Made by a program: the position numbers and the translations under genes. The notes beneath the pieces were generated by a model. That model had not been told where the DNA came from. It made no database searches and saw only the letters and a program-made list of their open reading frames with translations. Below are positions 8,493 to 19,400 of a DNA stretch of 20,446 nucleotides, one piece after another. Location of the stretch: assembly GCA_010909165.1 (NCBI GenBank), contig VJWM01000396.1:1-20446 (forward strand). The letters run 5' to 3'. The DNA comes from Anthoceros angustus (lineage: Eukaryota; Plantae; Anthocerotophyta). Each line of letters opens with the position of its first letter. Positions within the stretch are counted from its first letter, which is position 1.

Positions 8493-11400
8493 GTTGCCAT
8501 AGGTCTGTGTATGGATTGATCCCTAGTTCATGAAGTTCTGAGTTCGAGAGTTGTGGATGTGGACTGGTTTGTGGTTCGTCTGAAAAATCTCGATATGCGG
8601 TGAGGGAAAAAGCGTGTTGAGGCGCATCCGCGTCGGCGCCCCGCCCCTAACTCACTCCTACAAGGGTAGCAAGAGCTCCATCCTCCTTCACTTCTCCCTA
8701 GCCTCCTCCCGTCGTATTCGAGCTCCCTCATCCTCCTCCACACCCCCTTGCTTTTGCTCTCGCAAGGGAACGCCTCGATGGTCGTGAAATAACACCATAA
8801 TACTACTGTCCGGTATATCAATTTAAACACCTTGAAATTTTGGCTTTTTCTTTTTATGCTTTAGCTCGCTTTAGCACCCGCACAAAATCATCAATTATGG
8901 ATGGCTCGATCGACTAAGATTACGACCAATTGCAAGCTAGACTTGCAGGCCTAGTCATGCATATGACTAGGCCGCAATCTACTGCGACCCGCCACTGAAA
9001 TTGGCCGAGCCTCGAGCGTGATATGATCGTGGGGACACCGACGGAGGTAGTTTTGATCGGCGAGCCTTAGTGCATGCCAATCGAGCTCAAGCTTCGCAAA
9101 AGAAGACAAAGGATCATTTGAATTGTCTAGAGTCGCATCGAAATAGATAGTAGGGTTGCTTTGTTTTTTCCAATTTTAAATAAAAAATTATACCATATGC
9201 AAAATTATGATGGGAACAAAACTGCCCAAAATAGTCTTAAAGAATCTCATGAGAACAAAAAGAGATCCTTCTATACGTATCTAAGAAGTCTCAATTTGAG
9301 CTCTTTGAACTTAATCATGGGTTAAGCGAGGTTTCGCGCTTTACATGTCATGCTATACCATGTCTACGCTTGAATCCTAAGGCCCACCCATTTGAAAATA
9401 TGAGAGCCCGTCATCCGCACTTCTTCGGGTAATTGCTCATAGAAAATTTTCACTGTTACATATTTCAGCATCTTTGCGGCTCCTCCTTCTCGCCACAAAC
9501 CAATCATACCTGCTTTCAACTTGGAGATGCACAAGCAAGCGTCACGTTCTAAGTCGTGTTGTTTGACACCGGATAATACGTTCTTTCTTGATGACTCGCT
9601 TGATGGTTGCCACCGAGACCTTCACTCGAAAATGGCTAGTGGCCCATTCACTTAGCGCCTTGTGAGTGATTAGCTTGTTAGCCTCTCAGGCTAAAATGTC
9701 TTTTTGTTGCATTTGCAATGTCACTCTTCTAGCTCATGCTTGCAAGTCTATTCAAAAGATTTTATTTGTAAGTACTGATTCCATAAAGAAGAAAGAAAGA
9801 ATATCATAGAAAACTAATATGAATGAATTCAAATACATATGGAAGTACTCACATGTACCCAAACTGACGTAGTATACATGAAACAAAAAAGAAAATAGAA
9901 AAATTACACAAAATCTAATCTAAATAAATCATATATGGAAGTACTCACTCTTGGTGTGAAGTCATCATTCCAAATATATTTGCTGCACAGCAATGCATAC
10001 ATATATAGATCCAAAGTGACTCTTTTATCGATATCTACCCTCATATTTTGTATTTATCTCGATATTGTGAAAAATTATATGAAGAAGGCGTTAGTCGTAT
10101 TATATTGACATTTGATTTTTTCCCTGATATGATACCGAGTGTAAAAACTTCTTGTTACTTACTTGTTGTATGCCCATTCTTCTCCTATAGAACTCTTCCT
10201 CAATGTAAGAGATTCAAGCATTTGCTACTCTAGTGGATAGAAGGCTCTCGAAGGCCAATGGCCTCCTAGATTAGATGAATAGTCTCACCGGACTATACAA
10301 GATAGACTCTATTGTGCTTATGACATAGCCTAGATAGCTTATAGGTAGCTTTGCTAGTGTCTCATGGGTGTCATGTATAATCTCTTTTATAGTAGAATAT
10401 AAGAATACCCTAATTCTAGGTATATCTTGATATTCTAACACTTAAGACTTAAAGCGCTTGCAACAAGCATGGTAGGCCTAGCTAACTCTGCCGACATCGC
10501 CTTGGGTCTTGCCATTCACTCCGAGCTCAAGGGAAGTGGAACCTCACAATGCTTTATTTTCTCAACATGCCCTTTGGTCTTGTCAATCCACTCAGAGCCC
10601 GATAACGATCTCTTCCTCTCAACACCGTGCTAGGCTCCAAGCACCGTCCTTGACAACTCGCAGGCCACCTCGGATGAGATGCTACTCTTTTATTTACAAG
10701 AGTAGAAGCCGGAATGCTAGCCATCCATGCCGCTATATGGCAACAAGACTCCACACAAAACCATTTCTAGCTCTCCCATCCAAGCGCCAAGCCCCGCTTG
10801 TCAAACTTCCACCCCAAGCTCCAAGCGCTTCATCCCACAGACGAAACCCTATGTGCTCGTCACTTTGGTAGTACACACAATAGATATACCTTATTATTTT
10901 ATTTAATAAATCAATAACATCGAATCAGATTTTATATATTTCTATAAAATCCCTCCTTGTGGTCAGAATGTGGGTGGACTCGTCTCGCTTCTAAAAGCAA
11001 AATCCATGCTCATGCTACCGCAGCTTGCACACAACAAAATGTACTTGCGCACTTTGTCACAAACTCCTCCACGTCAAGCATCGCGTAGAGTTGTTCTTAC
11101 ATGTTGCCCTTTCTTCTCCTACAAAACTTTTCCTAAGGACTCAAAGTACCATGCCCGGATGTGGTAGGCCTAACTACATGCATATTGGTGAGGAGCCAAT
11201 GTGGACATGGCGAGCGGCACTTGCTTGGAGATAGTCTAAATTCGGGAGAGGATTCTTTGGTGAGAGGGAGGAGCCTACATGAGGAAGGCCCAGAGCTAAG
11301 GACGTCCCACCTCTCATGGACCCTTCTTGCAATTTGACACGATGCTCCTTGTCGAGGCACTTGCCGAGACAATAGCATGATCAAGGCAACAGTGGAAGCG

Positions 11401-11912
11401 ACGTGGCCTTGGCTCTTGCCGACTCACCTAAGCGCAAGGGAAGTGGAACCTCACAATGGTATCTTCCTCTCAATACATACTAGGCTCCAAACTCCAAGCC
11501 CACGTCCTGACGACGACAGCCACCTCACACCATATGCTGTTACTTACAACAGAGTACAAGCTGGAATCTTAGCCATCATGCCCTCCGCTACGACATCAAG
11601 ACTCCACAAAACCGTTGCTAGCTCTCTCCCATCCAAGCGCCAGCTCATCCAAAGCCAAGCACTTCATCCCGCTGGACGAGACCCTAACTTCAGTTTTTGG
11701 CGGTTTATTTTATGGTGATACATAAAAGAGATACCTTATTTTTATTAAGTAAATCAATAATATTCGAGATTTTATATGTTTGTATAAAATCCCTCCTTTA
11801 AGTGTCCGTAGGTGTGGGTATGGACCGGTGTCTTTGGTCGTGAGGTACATACGGTTGTCGAGGAATGTGGGTGTGGACTTATCTCTACTTCATAAAGATT
11901 ATACGGTTGCCA
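8493..11912. repeat. Repeat unit A, copy 2 (complete; period to copy 3 = 3413 bp)
   Basis: Bounded by GTTGCCA at 8493-8499 and 11906-11912; colinear with copy 1. Confidence 0.97.
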
Positions 11913-14148
11913 TAGTGTGTGTATGGATTGATCCCTAGTTCATGAAGTTCAGAGTTGCTGAGAGTTGTGGATGTGGGTTTGTGGTTCGTCAAAAATCTCG
12001 ATATGCCGGTGAGGAAAGCGTGTTGAGGCGCATCCGTTCGGCGGCGCCCCGCCTAACTCACTCCTACAAGGGTAGCAAGAGCTCCATCCTCCTTCACTTC
12101 TCCCTAGCCTCCCCTCATAGACCGAGCTCCCTCATCCCTCCCCTCCACACCCCCCTTGCTTTCTTTGCTCTCGCTCAAGGGAACGTCTCGATGGTCCGTG
12201 AAATAACACCATACTATATCCCGGTATATCAATTTAAACACCTTGAAATTTTGGCTTTTTCTTTTTATGCTTTAGCTCGCTTAGCACCCGTCGGGCACAA
12301 AATCATCAATTATGGTGGCTCGATCGACTAAGATTACGACAGACCAATTGCAAGCTAGACTTGGGCCTAGTCATGCATGACTAGGCCGCAACCTGACCGG
12401 AAATTGGCCGAGGCGTGATATGATCGTGGGGACACCGACGGAGGTAGTTTTTGATGGCAGCCTTAGCTTGGTGCAATCGAGCTCAAGCCCAAAAAGAAGA
12501 CAAAGGATCATTTGAATTGTCTAGAGCGGCATCGAAATAGGTGTGACATAGTAGGGTTGCTTTGTTTTTTCCAATTTTAATAAAAAATTATACCATATGC
12601 AAAATTATGATGGGAACAAACTGCCCAAAATAGTCTTAAAGAATCTCATGAGAACAAAAAAGAGATCGCTTCTATACATCTAAGAAGTCTCAATTTGAGC
12701 TCTTTGAACTTAAGCTAAGTTAAGCGAGGTTTTCAAGGCTTACATGTCATGCTATACCATGTCTACGCTTGAATCCTAAGGCCCACCCATTTGAAAATAT
12801 GAGAGCCCGTCTGTTCCGCACTTCTTGGGTAATTGCTCATAGAAAATTTTACTGCTTACATATTTCAGCATCTTTTGCGGCTCCTCCCTTCTACGCCACA
12901 AACCAATCATACAACTGCTTTCTCAACCGTGAGATGCACAAGGTCGCAAGCGTACGTTCTAAGTCGTGTTGTTTGACACTGGATAACACGCTTTCTTGAT
13001 GACTCGCTTGATGGTTGCCATTTGACCTTCACTCGAAAATGGCTAGTGGCCCATTCACTTAGCGCCTTGTGAGTGATTAGCTTGTTAGCCTCTCTGGGCT
13101 AAAATGTCTTTTTGTTGCATTTGCAATGTCACTCTTCTCTTGGTAGCTCTCATGCTTGCAAGTCTATTCAAAAGATTTTATTTGTAAGTACTCGATTCCA
13201 TAAAGAAGAAGAAAAGAAGAATATCATAGAAAAACTAATATGAATGAATTCAAATACATATGGAAGTACTCACATGTACCCAAACTCACGTAGTATACAT
13301 GAAACAAAAAAGAAAAATAGAAAAATTACACAAAATCTAATCTAAATAAATCATATATGGAAGTACTCACTCTTGGTGTGAAGTCATCATTCCCAAATAT
13401 ATTTGCTGCAGCAATGCATACATATATAGATCCAAAGTGACTCTTTTTATCGATATCTACCCTCATATTTTGTATTTATCTCGATATATGTGAAAAATTA
13501 TATGAAGAAGACGTTAGTATTATATTGACATTTGATTTTTCCACGATATGATATTGCCGAGTGTAAAAACTTCTTGTTACTTACTTGTTGTATGCCCATT
13601 CTTCTCCTATAGAACTCTTCCTCAATGTAAGAGATTCAAGCATTTGCTACTCTAGTGGATAGAAGGCTCTCGTGCAAGGCCAATGGCCTCCTAGATTAGA
13701 TGAATAGTCTCACTACCGGACTATACAAGATAGACTCTATTGTGCTTATGACATAGGCACTAGATAGCTTATAGGTAGCTTTGCTAGTGTCTGAGGTGTC
13801 ATGTATAATCTCTTTATAGTAGAATATAAGAATACCCTAATTCTAGGTATATCTTGATATTCTAACACTTAAGACTTAAAGCGTGTTGCAACAAGCTATG
13901 GTATAGGCTAACTTCTGAGCTCGGACATCGCCTTGGGTCTTGCCATTCACTCCCGAGCTCAAGGGAAGTGGAACCTCACAATGCTTTATTTTTCTCAACA
14001 TGCCCTTTGGTCTTGTCAATCCACTCGTGAGCCCGAGTGATCTCTTCCTCTCAACACCGTGCTAGGCTCCAAGCAGCCCCGTCCTTGACAACTCGCAGCC
14101 ACCTCGGATGAGATGCTACTCTTTATTTACATGAGTAGAAGCCGAATG
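11906..14148. repeat. Repeat unit A, copy 3, interrupted at unit position ~2241 by the copia LTR
   Basis: Head-to-tail with copy 2. Homology to copies 1 and 2 stops at GAATG| (14144-14148), where those copies continue CTAGCCATC. Confidence 0.95.
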
Positions 14149-14312
14149 TGTAAAAGCTGGAGAGCAATTTGCTCAACTAAACTTTGCAATGAAAGCAAAT
14201 GAATTGTGTACAAAATCGTTGATGTGTCTACCTATATCAAACCCTAATGACCACCGCTTATGACCAAAAACCCTAATGTCACTTAGACTAGGCGTTGGCT
14301 TTACTTCCAACA
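14149..14312 (-). repeat. Copia 3' LTR (164 bp), TGTTGGAAG...TTTTACA
   Basis: TGT...ACA termini, abuts the PPT, and its end coincides with loss of unit A homology. Repeated at 15731-15898. Confidence 0.88.
14239..14276. promoter_or_regulatory. Two telo-box motifs (AAACCCTAA) in the copia LTR
   Basis: AAACCCTAA at 14239-14247 and 14268-14276, both retained in the second LTR copy (~15822-15830 and ~15856-15864). A TATA-like TATATAGG lies downstream of them on the minus strand in that copy. Confidence 0.6.
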
Positions 14313-14325
14313 CTCCCTCTCAAGC
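14313..14325 (-). other. Copia polypurine tract
   Basis: Minus strand GCTTGAGAGGGAG immediately before the LTR TG; duplicate at 15899-15910. Confidence 0.88.
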
Positions 14326-14929
14326 AACACTAGGTCTAAGGTAGGTAAATTTTCATATAGAGTTTCCGCACCATTGTCTAGGATCCCTCAACTTTTATGT
14401 TCGCAAGCATAAAACAACTTTCTATCTTCTTTTGGCTTTGCGGCCGCCATCGCTATCAACTTCCTTGCCGCCATCATAATCAATCACGCCCACCACTTGG
14501 AAGAGATACCAGCGCCACGGAAGATCCTGCTTGAGCTACCAAAATTTGAGAGGCGAAGGCAGCCAAAGCGTAGAAGAGTCCGATGCCATGGGTGAGGTGC
14601 GGATCACGGAGGAGAGCCTGACAAGCGCCCACCTCACAGGCCTCCCGACAGCCCACTGGGTGGCACAAACAGGATCAAGGAGCTGAGGATATGCGGCTGG
14701 AAGGAGGCCATCTCCTAATGACGATTGGCGGATGTGAACCTCAGTGATCTTGCCCAAGGAGATTAGATACTAAGGTAGCTTCATCCTTCTCGCACTGTTT
14801 ACTCCCTCTGCTCCTAACTGCCTACCTAGCAGTGTGTGGGCTTGTGCGATCATCCTCTCGAAGGAACCATAGACACAACTCAACACCTAGGAACCTTCGG
14901 GTTCCGCCCACCTCACCATAAGCCACTAG

Positions 14930-15210
14930 CACCAAGTATCTTGAGTAGTCATCCGAGCCTAAAGACATGCTTGTAGTGTTTATGCTTCACATTTGTTAAT
15001 ACATAAAGGATACTGCTATGTTTTATTACGCTCCAAATCTCTAATATAATGATCGATCTCGATGTGCTTAGTGTGCGTGAACAGGATTCGCAACAGGCTG
15101 GACATATTGTCACACAAGATTGGGGTAGGTGCATGGATTTTAGTCCGATCATGTAAGCTTCTCTCCCATTCCTCCTTTGACTTGTCTGGAGTGACTTGTA
15201 TTCCTTACAT
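14930..15210 (-). pseudogene. pol: Copia RNase H C-terminal fragment (truncated by the duplication junction)
   Basis: Frameshifted PTPILCDNMS...NP..HARTKHIEI...HYIRD...KHKHYKHM, matching the 16625-16930 and 18610-18930 copies. Confidence 0.88.
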
Positions 15211-15730
15211 GAGATTCAAGCATTTGCTACTCTAGTGGATAGAAGGCTCTCAGTGAAGGCCAATGGCCTCCTAGATTAGATGAATAGTCTCACTACCGGA
15301 CTATACAAGATGTAGACTCTATTGTGCTTATGACAGACGCAGCTAGATAGCTTATAGGTAGCTTTGCTAGTGTCTCATGGGTGTCATGTATAATCTTTAT
15401 AGTAGAATAAGAATACCCTAATTCTAGGTATATCCTAATTCTAACACTTAAGACTTGTGCTGTTTGCAACAAGCACGGCTGCGGTAGGCCTAGCTAACTA
15501 AGAGCTCGACATCGCCTTTGGTCTTGCCATTTCACCCCGAGCTCAAGGGAAGTGGAACCACAATGCTTTATTTTTCCTCAACATGCCCTTTGGTCTTGTC
15601 AATCCACCAGAGCCTGATAGATCTCTTCCTCTCAACACCGTGTTAGGCTCCAAGCTCACCACCCATCATTCACAACTCGCAGCCACCTGTATGAGATGCT
15701 ACTCTTTATTTACAACGAGTAGCTTGAATG
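15211..15730. repeat. Fragment of unit A (unit positions ~1722-2241) carried by duplication 1
   Basis: Matches 13631-14148 and ends in the same GAATG|TGTAAAAG LTR junction. Confidence 0.92.
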
Positions 15731-15898
15731 TGTAAAAGGCCAGATAATTTGGCTCAATCCAACTTTGCATGAAAAGCAAAATGAATTGTGTACAAAATCG
15801 TTGATCTTACCTATATATTTAAAACCCTAATGTGGACGCTCACTCGCTTATGACCAAACCCTAATGTCATAGACTAGACGTTGGCTTTACTTCCAACA
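15731..15898 (-). repeat. Duplicate copia 3' LTR (168 bp)
   Basis: Same termini, PPT and flanking junction as 14149-14312, so it is a duplicate of the 3' LTR and not the 5' LTR. No PBS follows it. Confidence 0.88.
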
Positions 15899-15963
15899 CT
15901 CCTCTCAAGCAACACTAGGTCTAAGGTAGGTATAGCAAGACACATAGAGTTTCCACCATTGTC

Positions 15964-16443
15964 ATGAAGCGGATCCTCGTCGACGGTGAAGGCGCTTAAA
16001 CCCCTTTGACAAACAACTTTCTATCTACGCTGGGCTCACTACCACCATCGACCAACTTCCTTGCCGCCATCATAATCACCGCCACGCCTGCCACCACTTG
16101 GAAGAGATGCACGCAAAGATCCTTGAGCTACCAAGGGTTGAGAGGCGCGGTATACAGCCCAGTTGTAGAAGAAGTCCGGTACATCGCCATGGTGAGGTGC
16201 GGATCACTGGAGGAGCCTGCACGACTGTGAATGCTTCCTCAACAAACTGGCCTCTCTGTGGCCAGTTCCAACGCAGGACTGAACTCCCCAGCAGACTGAC
16301 TTCCGCTCGAAGGCGCCCACCTACTCGCCTCACTCACTGGCTGGCAGGATCAAGGAGCTCGGAGGATATAATTGTACCGGTGAGGCCATCTCAATGACGA
16401 CAAGGATGTGGCTGTCTGTAGAGGTGATCAGCAAGGAGATTAG
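15964..16443 (+). CDS. Putative antisense accessory ORF (~150-160 aa) between copia pol and the 3' LTR
   Basis: Manual consensus of three noisy copies (~14390-14766, 15964-16443, 18175-18418): QLPCRHHNH..CHHLEEMHAKILELP...HGEVRITEESLHDCECFLNKLASL..EFQRRTR...RIKELEDII..LEGGHLLMTIGGCE...QGD*. All three copies have GGAGATTAG at the inferred end. The ATG at 15964 is seen in one copy only. Confidence 0.4.
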
Positions 16444-19400
16444 ATACTAAGGTAAGCTTCATCCTTCTTGCAGCCAAGCAGATTTACTCCCTCCTCGTCT
16501 CCCTAGTACACTAGCCTCGGTGACCTAATGCTAAAGTGGCAGTGCTGGTCCCTGTTGGGAACCATAGACACAACTCAACAACACCTAGGAACCTTGGTTC
16601 CCGCCCCACCTCCTCCATAAACTAGCCGACCAAGTATCTTGAGTAGTCATCCAGCCTAAACGACATGTGCTTGTAGTGTTTATGCTTCACCACTTTGTTA
16701 ACACATCAACGTTGTCGCTGTGCATATGTAGCTAACCTAATTACGCCCACCACATCTCTAATATAATGATGCCGGATCTCGATGTATTAGTGCGTGAAAC
16801 CTCGGATTCGCAAATATACAAGGGCCATATATTGTCACACAAGATTGGGGTAGGTGCTGGTCCGTCCATCATGTAAGAAGCTTTCTCCCATTCTCGCCTC
16901 CTTTGAAGCATCTGGAGTGACTTGTACCGCTTCGGATGATGTGGCATGGAAGTCTGCTTTTATACATGACCAATTCAGGCAAGAGGCAAGCAAGAAACAA
17001 TATGTAGATAAACTTCGAATCACCGTCATCCCGGCATTTGCACCCAAGAAGTGTAAGTTTCCCTTGCCCACTCCTTTTGTAAATAGACCATATGTGTGAG
17101 TACCCTTAAGGTACCTAAAGATGCGTTAATAACACCCTTGGGCCAGTTTCTCTGTGAATTGAGAGTGCTCACCTCAATAATCAGGTCGCCCGGTCCAGCC
17201 ACGAAATCGTTGCTACGTGATGCTGTAAGGCACATCCTTCATGTCCTCGATCTCAGATCGAGGGGACATTAAAATCAAGTTTTGCTCGAGTATAGGGGGT
17301 TATAGCAGCTGGCCTCATCCAACTTAAATTTCGCAGGATATCATTGATGTTAGCATGCACATCGATCCTTCATCTCTTTAGGATTTGAACCCAAGGCAGT
17401 GTGATTTGAGCTCACCGCTGTCCTTCATCTCGAATTTTGTGCTAACATCACTTGACTTCCGCTAACAAGAGTCATTTGTGGCGAGGATTACGCCCACGAG
17501 TAAGGCGACAACGAAGTCACGCCTACCTATACACATTCGAGTCTCAGCTTCGGATGAAGGAGATACTCAAGGTAAACATGCATGGTAATATACCATACCC
17601 GCCACCGCTTCAATCCATATATACATTTGAGCAACTTGAGGACTTGGGTTGGGTCTGGGTCTTCATAACCTCTCACGCATCATGTATGTGTCTTCATCTA
17701 GGTCACCACAAGAAGGCGGTACACACATCCATCTCATGTAAGTCCAGATCTAACTCATAAGAGCAAGTAAGATGAATGGACTGGCTCGAACAACTGGGAG
17801 AAAGTCTCGTAGTCCAAATACCGAGTAAAGCCTCTAGCTACGAGCCCCGCTTTATATCGAGTAATAGCTCCGTGTGCATCGAGTTTAATTTAAAAACCCA
17901 CTTGCGGAGATGGCCTTTGCACAGGAGGCAAATCGACAAGTTTCCGTGTCTTGTTTTTGAGCAAAGACCGGTACTCGCCCTCCACCGCGAAGTTGCCACT
18001 TGAAGCACTGTGGCCAGCGAGCTTGTTTATAGGAGCTAGGTTCTTCAGCAGGAAGGATGTCAGGCGCAAAAACAGGAGGATGTCCTCAAATCAATCAGAC
18101 CGTAGCGTGGCTCACTCCATCAGGCCGAACAGCTCGCGTGTAGAACGCCTAAGGACAAAGCGCAGATCGGGATCGACCGTGAAGCTTCCTCAAAGAAATC
18201 CTGAGCCTCTCCCGGTCGAGTTCCAACGCAGGACTCGAACCCTGCATCGACTTCCGCTTTCTCGAAGCGGCTTTGCCCCACTCCTACTCGCCCATTCGAT
18301 TGGCAATGCATGTGATCAAGGAGCCGGAGGATATAATTGCATTTGGAAGGAGGCCATCTCCTAATGACGATTGGCGGGATGTGAAGCGGTAGAGGGTATT
18401 GCATCGCAAGGAGATTAGATACTAAGGTAAGCTTCATCCTTCTTGCAGTGATGTTTACTCCCTCTGCCTCCCTAAGTACTAACACCGGCGGTGACCCTAA
18501 TAAAGTGTGCGGGGCTTGTCTTGATTATCCTGTGTCTGAAGGAACCATAGACACAACTCAACAACACCTAGGAACCTTGGGTTCCGCCCCACCTCCACAT
18601 AAGCCACTAGCTGACCAAGTATCTTGAGTAGTCATCCAGCCTAAACTGACATGTGCTTGTAGTGTTTATGCTTCACCTCTTGTTAACACATCCGCAACGC
18701 GTTATGCCGTCATGCATATGTAGCCAACTATACTTGTTACACGCCCACCACATCTCTAATATAATGATCTGGATCTCGATGTGCTTAGTGCGGTGAAACA
18801 CAGGATTCGCAAGGCTCCGACATATTGTCACACAAGATTGGGGTAGGTGCATCTGGTCCGTCCGGATCATGTAAAGCCTCCCATTCGCCTCCTTTGAAGC
18901 ATGTCTGAGTGACTTGTATTCATACATGGATGACGAGGCTATGGAAGTCATTTTTACATGACCAATTCCACGATGGCGAGGCAAGCAAGAAACAATATGT
19001 AGATAAACTTACGGAATCAACGTCCGCCCGATCGGCATCGTGTACCCGGCAAGTGTAAGTTTCCTTGCCCACTCCTTTTGTAAAATAGACCATATGTGTG
19101 AGTACCCTTAAGGTACCTAAAGATGCGTTTATACTGATAGGCCTGCCCGGTTTCTCCGAGGAATTGAGAGCGGTGCTCACGAATCGATGTCGGGGCTGGT
19201 CGATTCACCACAATCAGGCGCCTACTGACATGTACTGTACATCCTTCATGTCACCGATCTGCATCGGTGGGACATTTGCAGTAAGTTTTGCTCACATAGC
19301 ATAGGGGTTATAGCAGGCTGGCCTCATCCAACTTAAATTTTTGCAGGATATCATTGATGTATTTGTCGATGCACAATGATCGATCCTTCATCTCGTACCC

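Larger units (their letters stand above)
13631..16930. repeat. Direct tandem duplication 1 (13631-15210 repeated at 15211-~16930), spanning the unit A/copia junction
   Basis: At 15211 the copia RNase H sequence switches to GAGATTCAAGCATTTGCTACTCTAGTGG, identical to 13631. It then repeats A, the LTR, PPT, 3' region and RNase H. Confidence 0.93.

Noticed and set aside
1-14148. Unit A as an rDNA/5S repeat, or as a giant LTR flanking 3408-8492 as its internal region
   Set aside because: No 5S/18S/5.8S/28S-like sequence was recognised. A lacks TG...CA termini, the TGG at 3409 does not extend into a recognisable tRNA complement, and a separate PPT/LTR lies inside the intervening segment.
15731-15898. 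Second LTR as the 5' LTR of an intact small element
   Set aside because: It has its own PPT, the same flanking junction as the first LTR and no PBS, so it is a duplicate of the 3' LTR.
16448-16473. AAG|GTAAGC...TTGCAG as an intron after the antisense ORF
   Set aside because: The donor looks good, but the nearest acceptor gives only ~22 nt, too short for a spliceosomal intron, and there is no transcript evidence.
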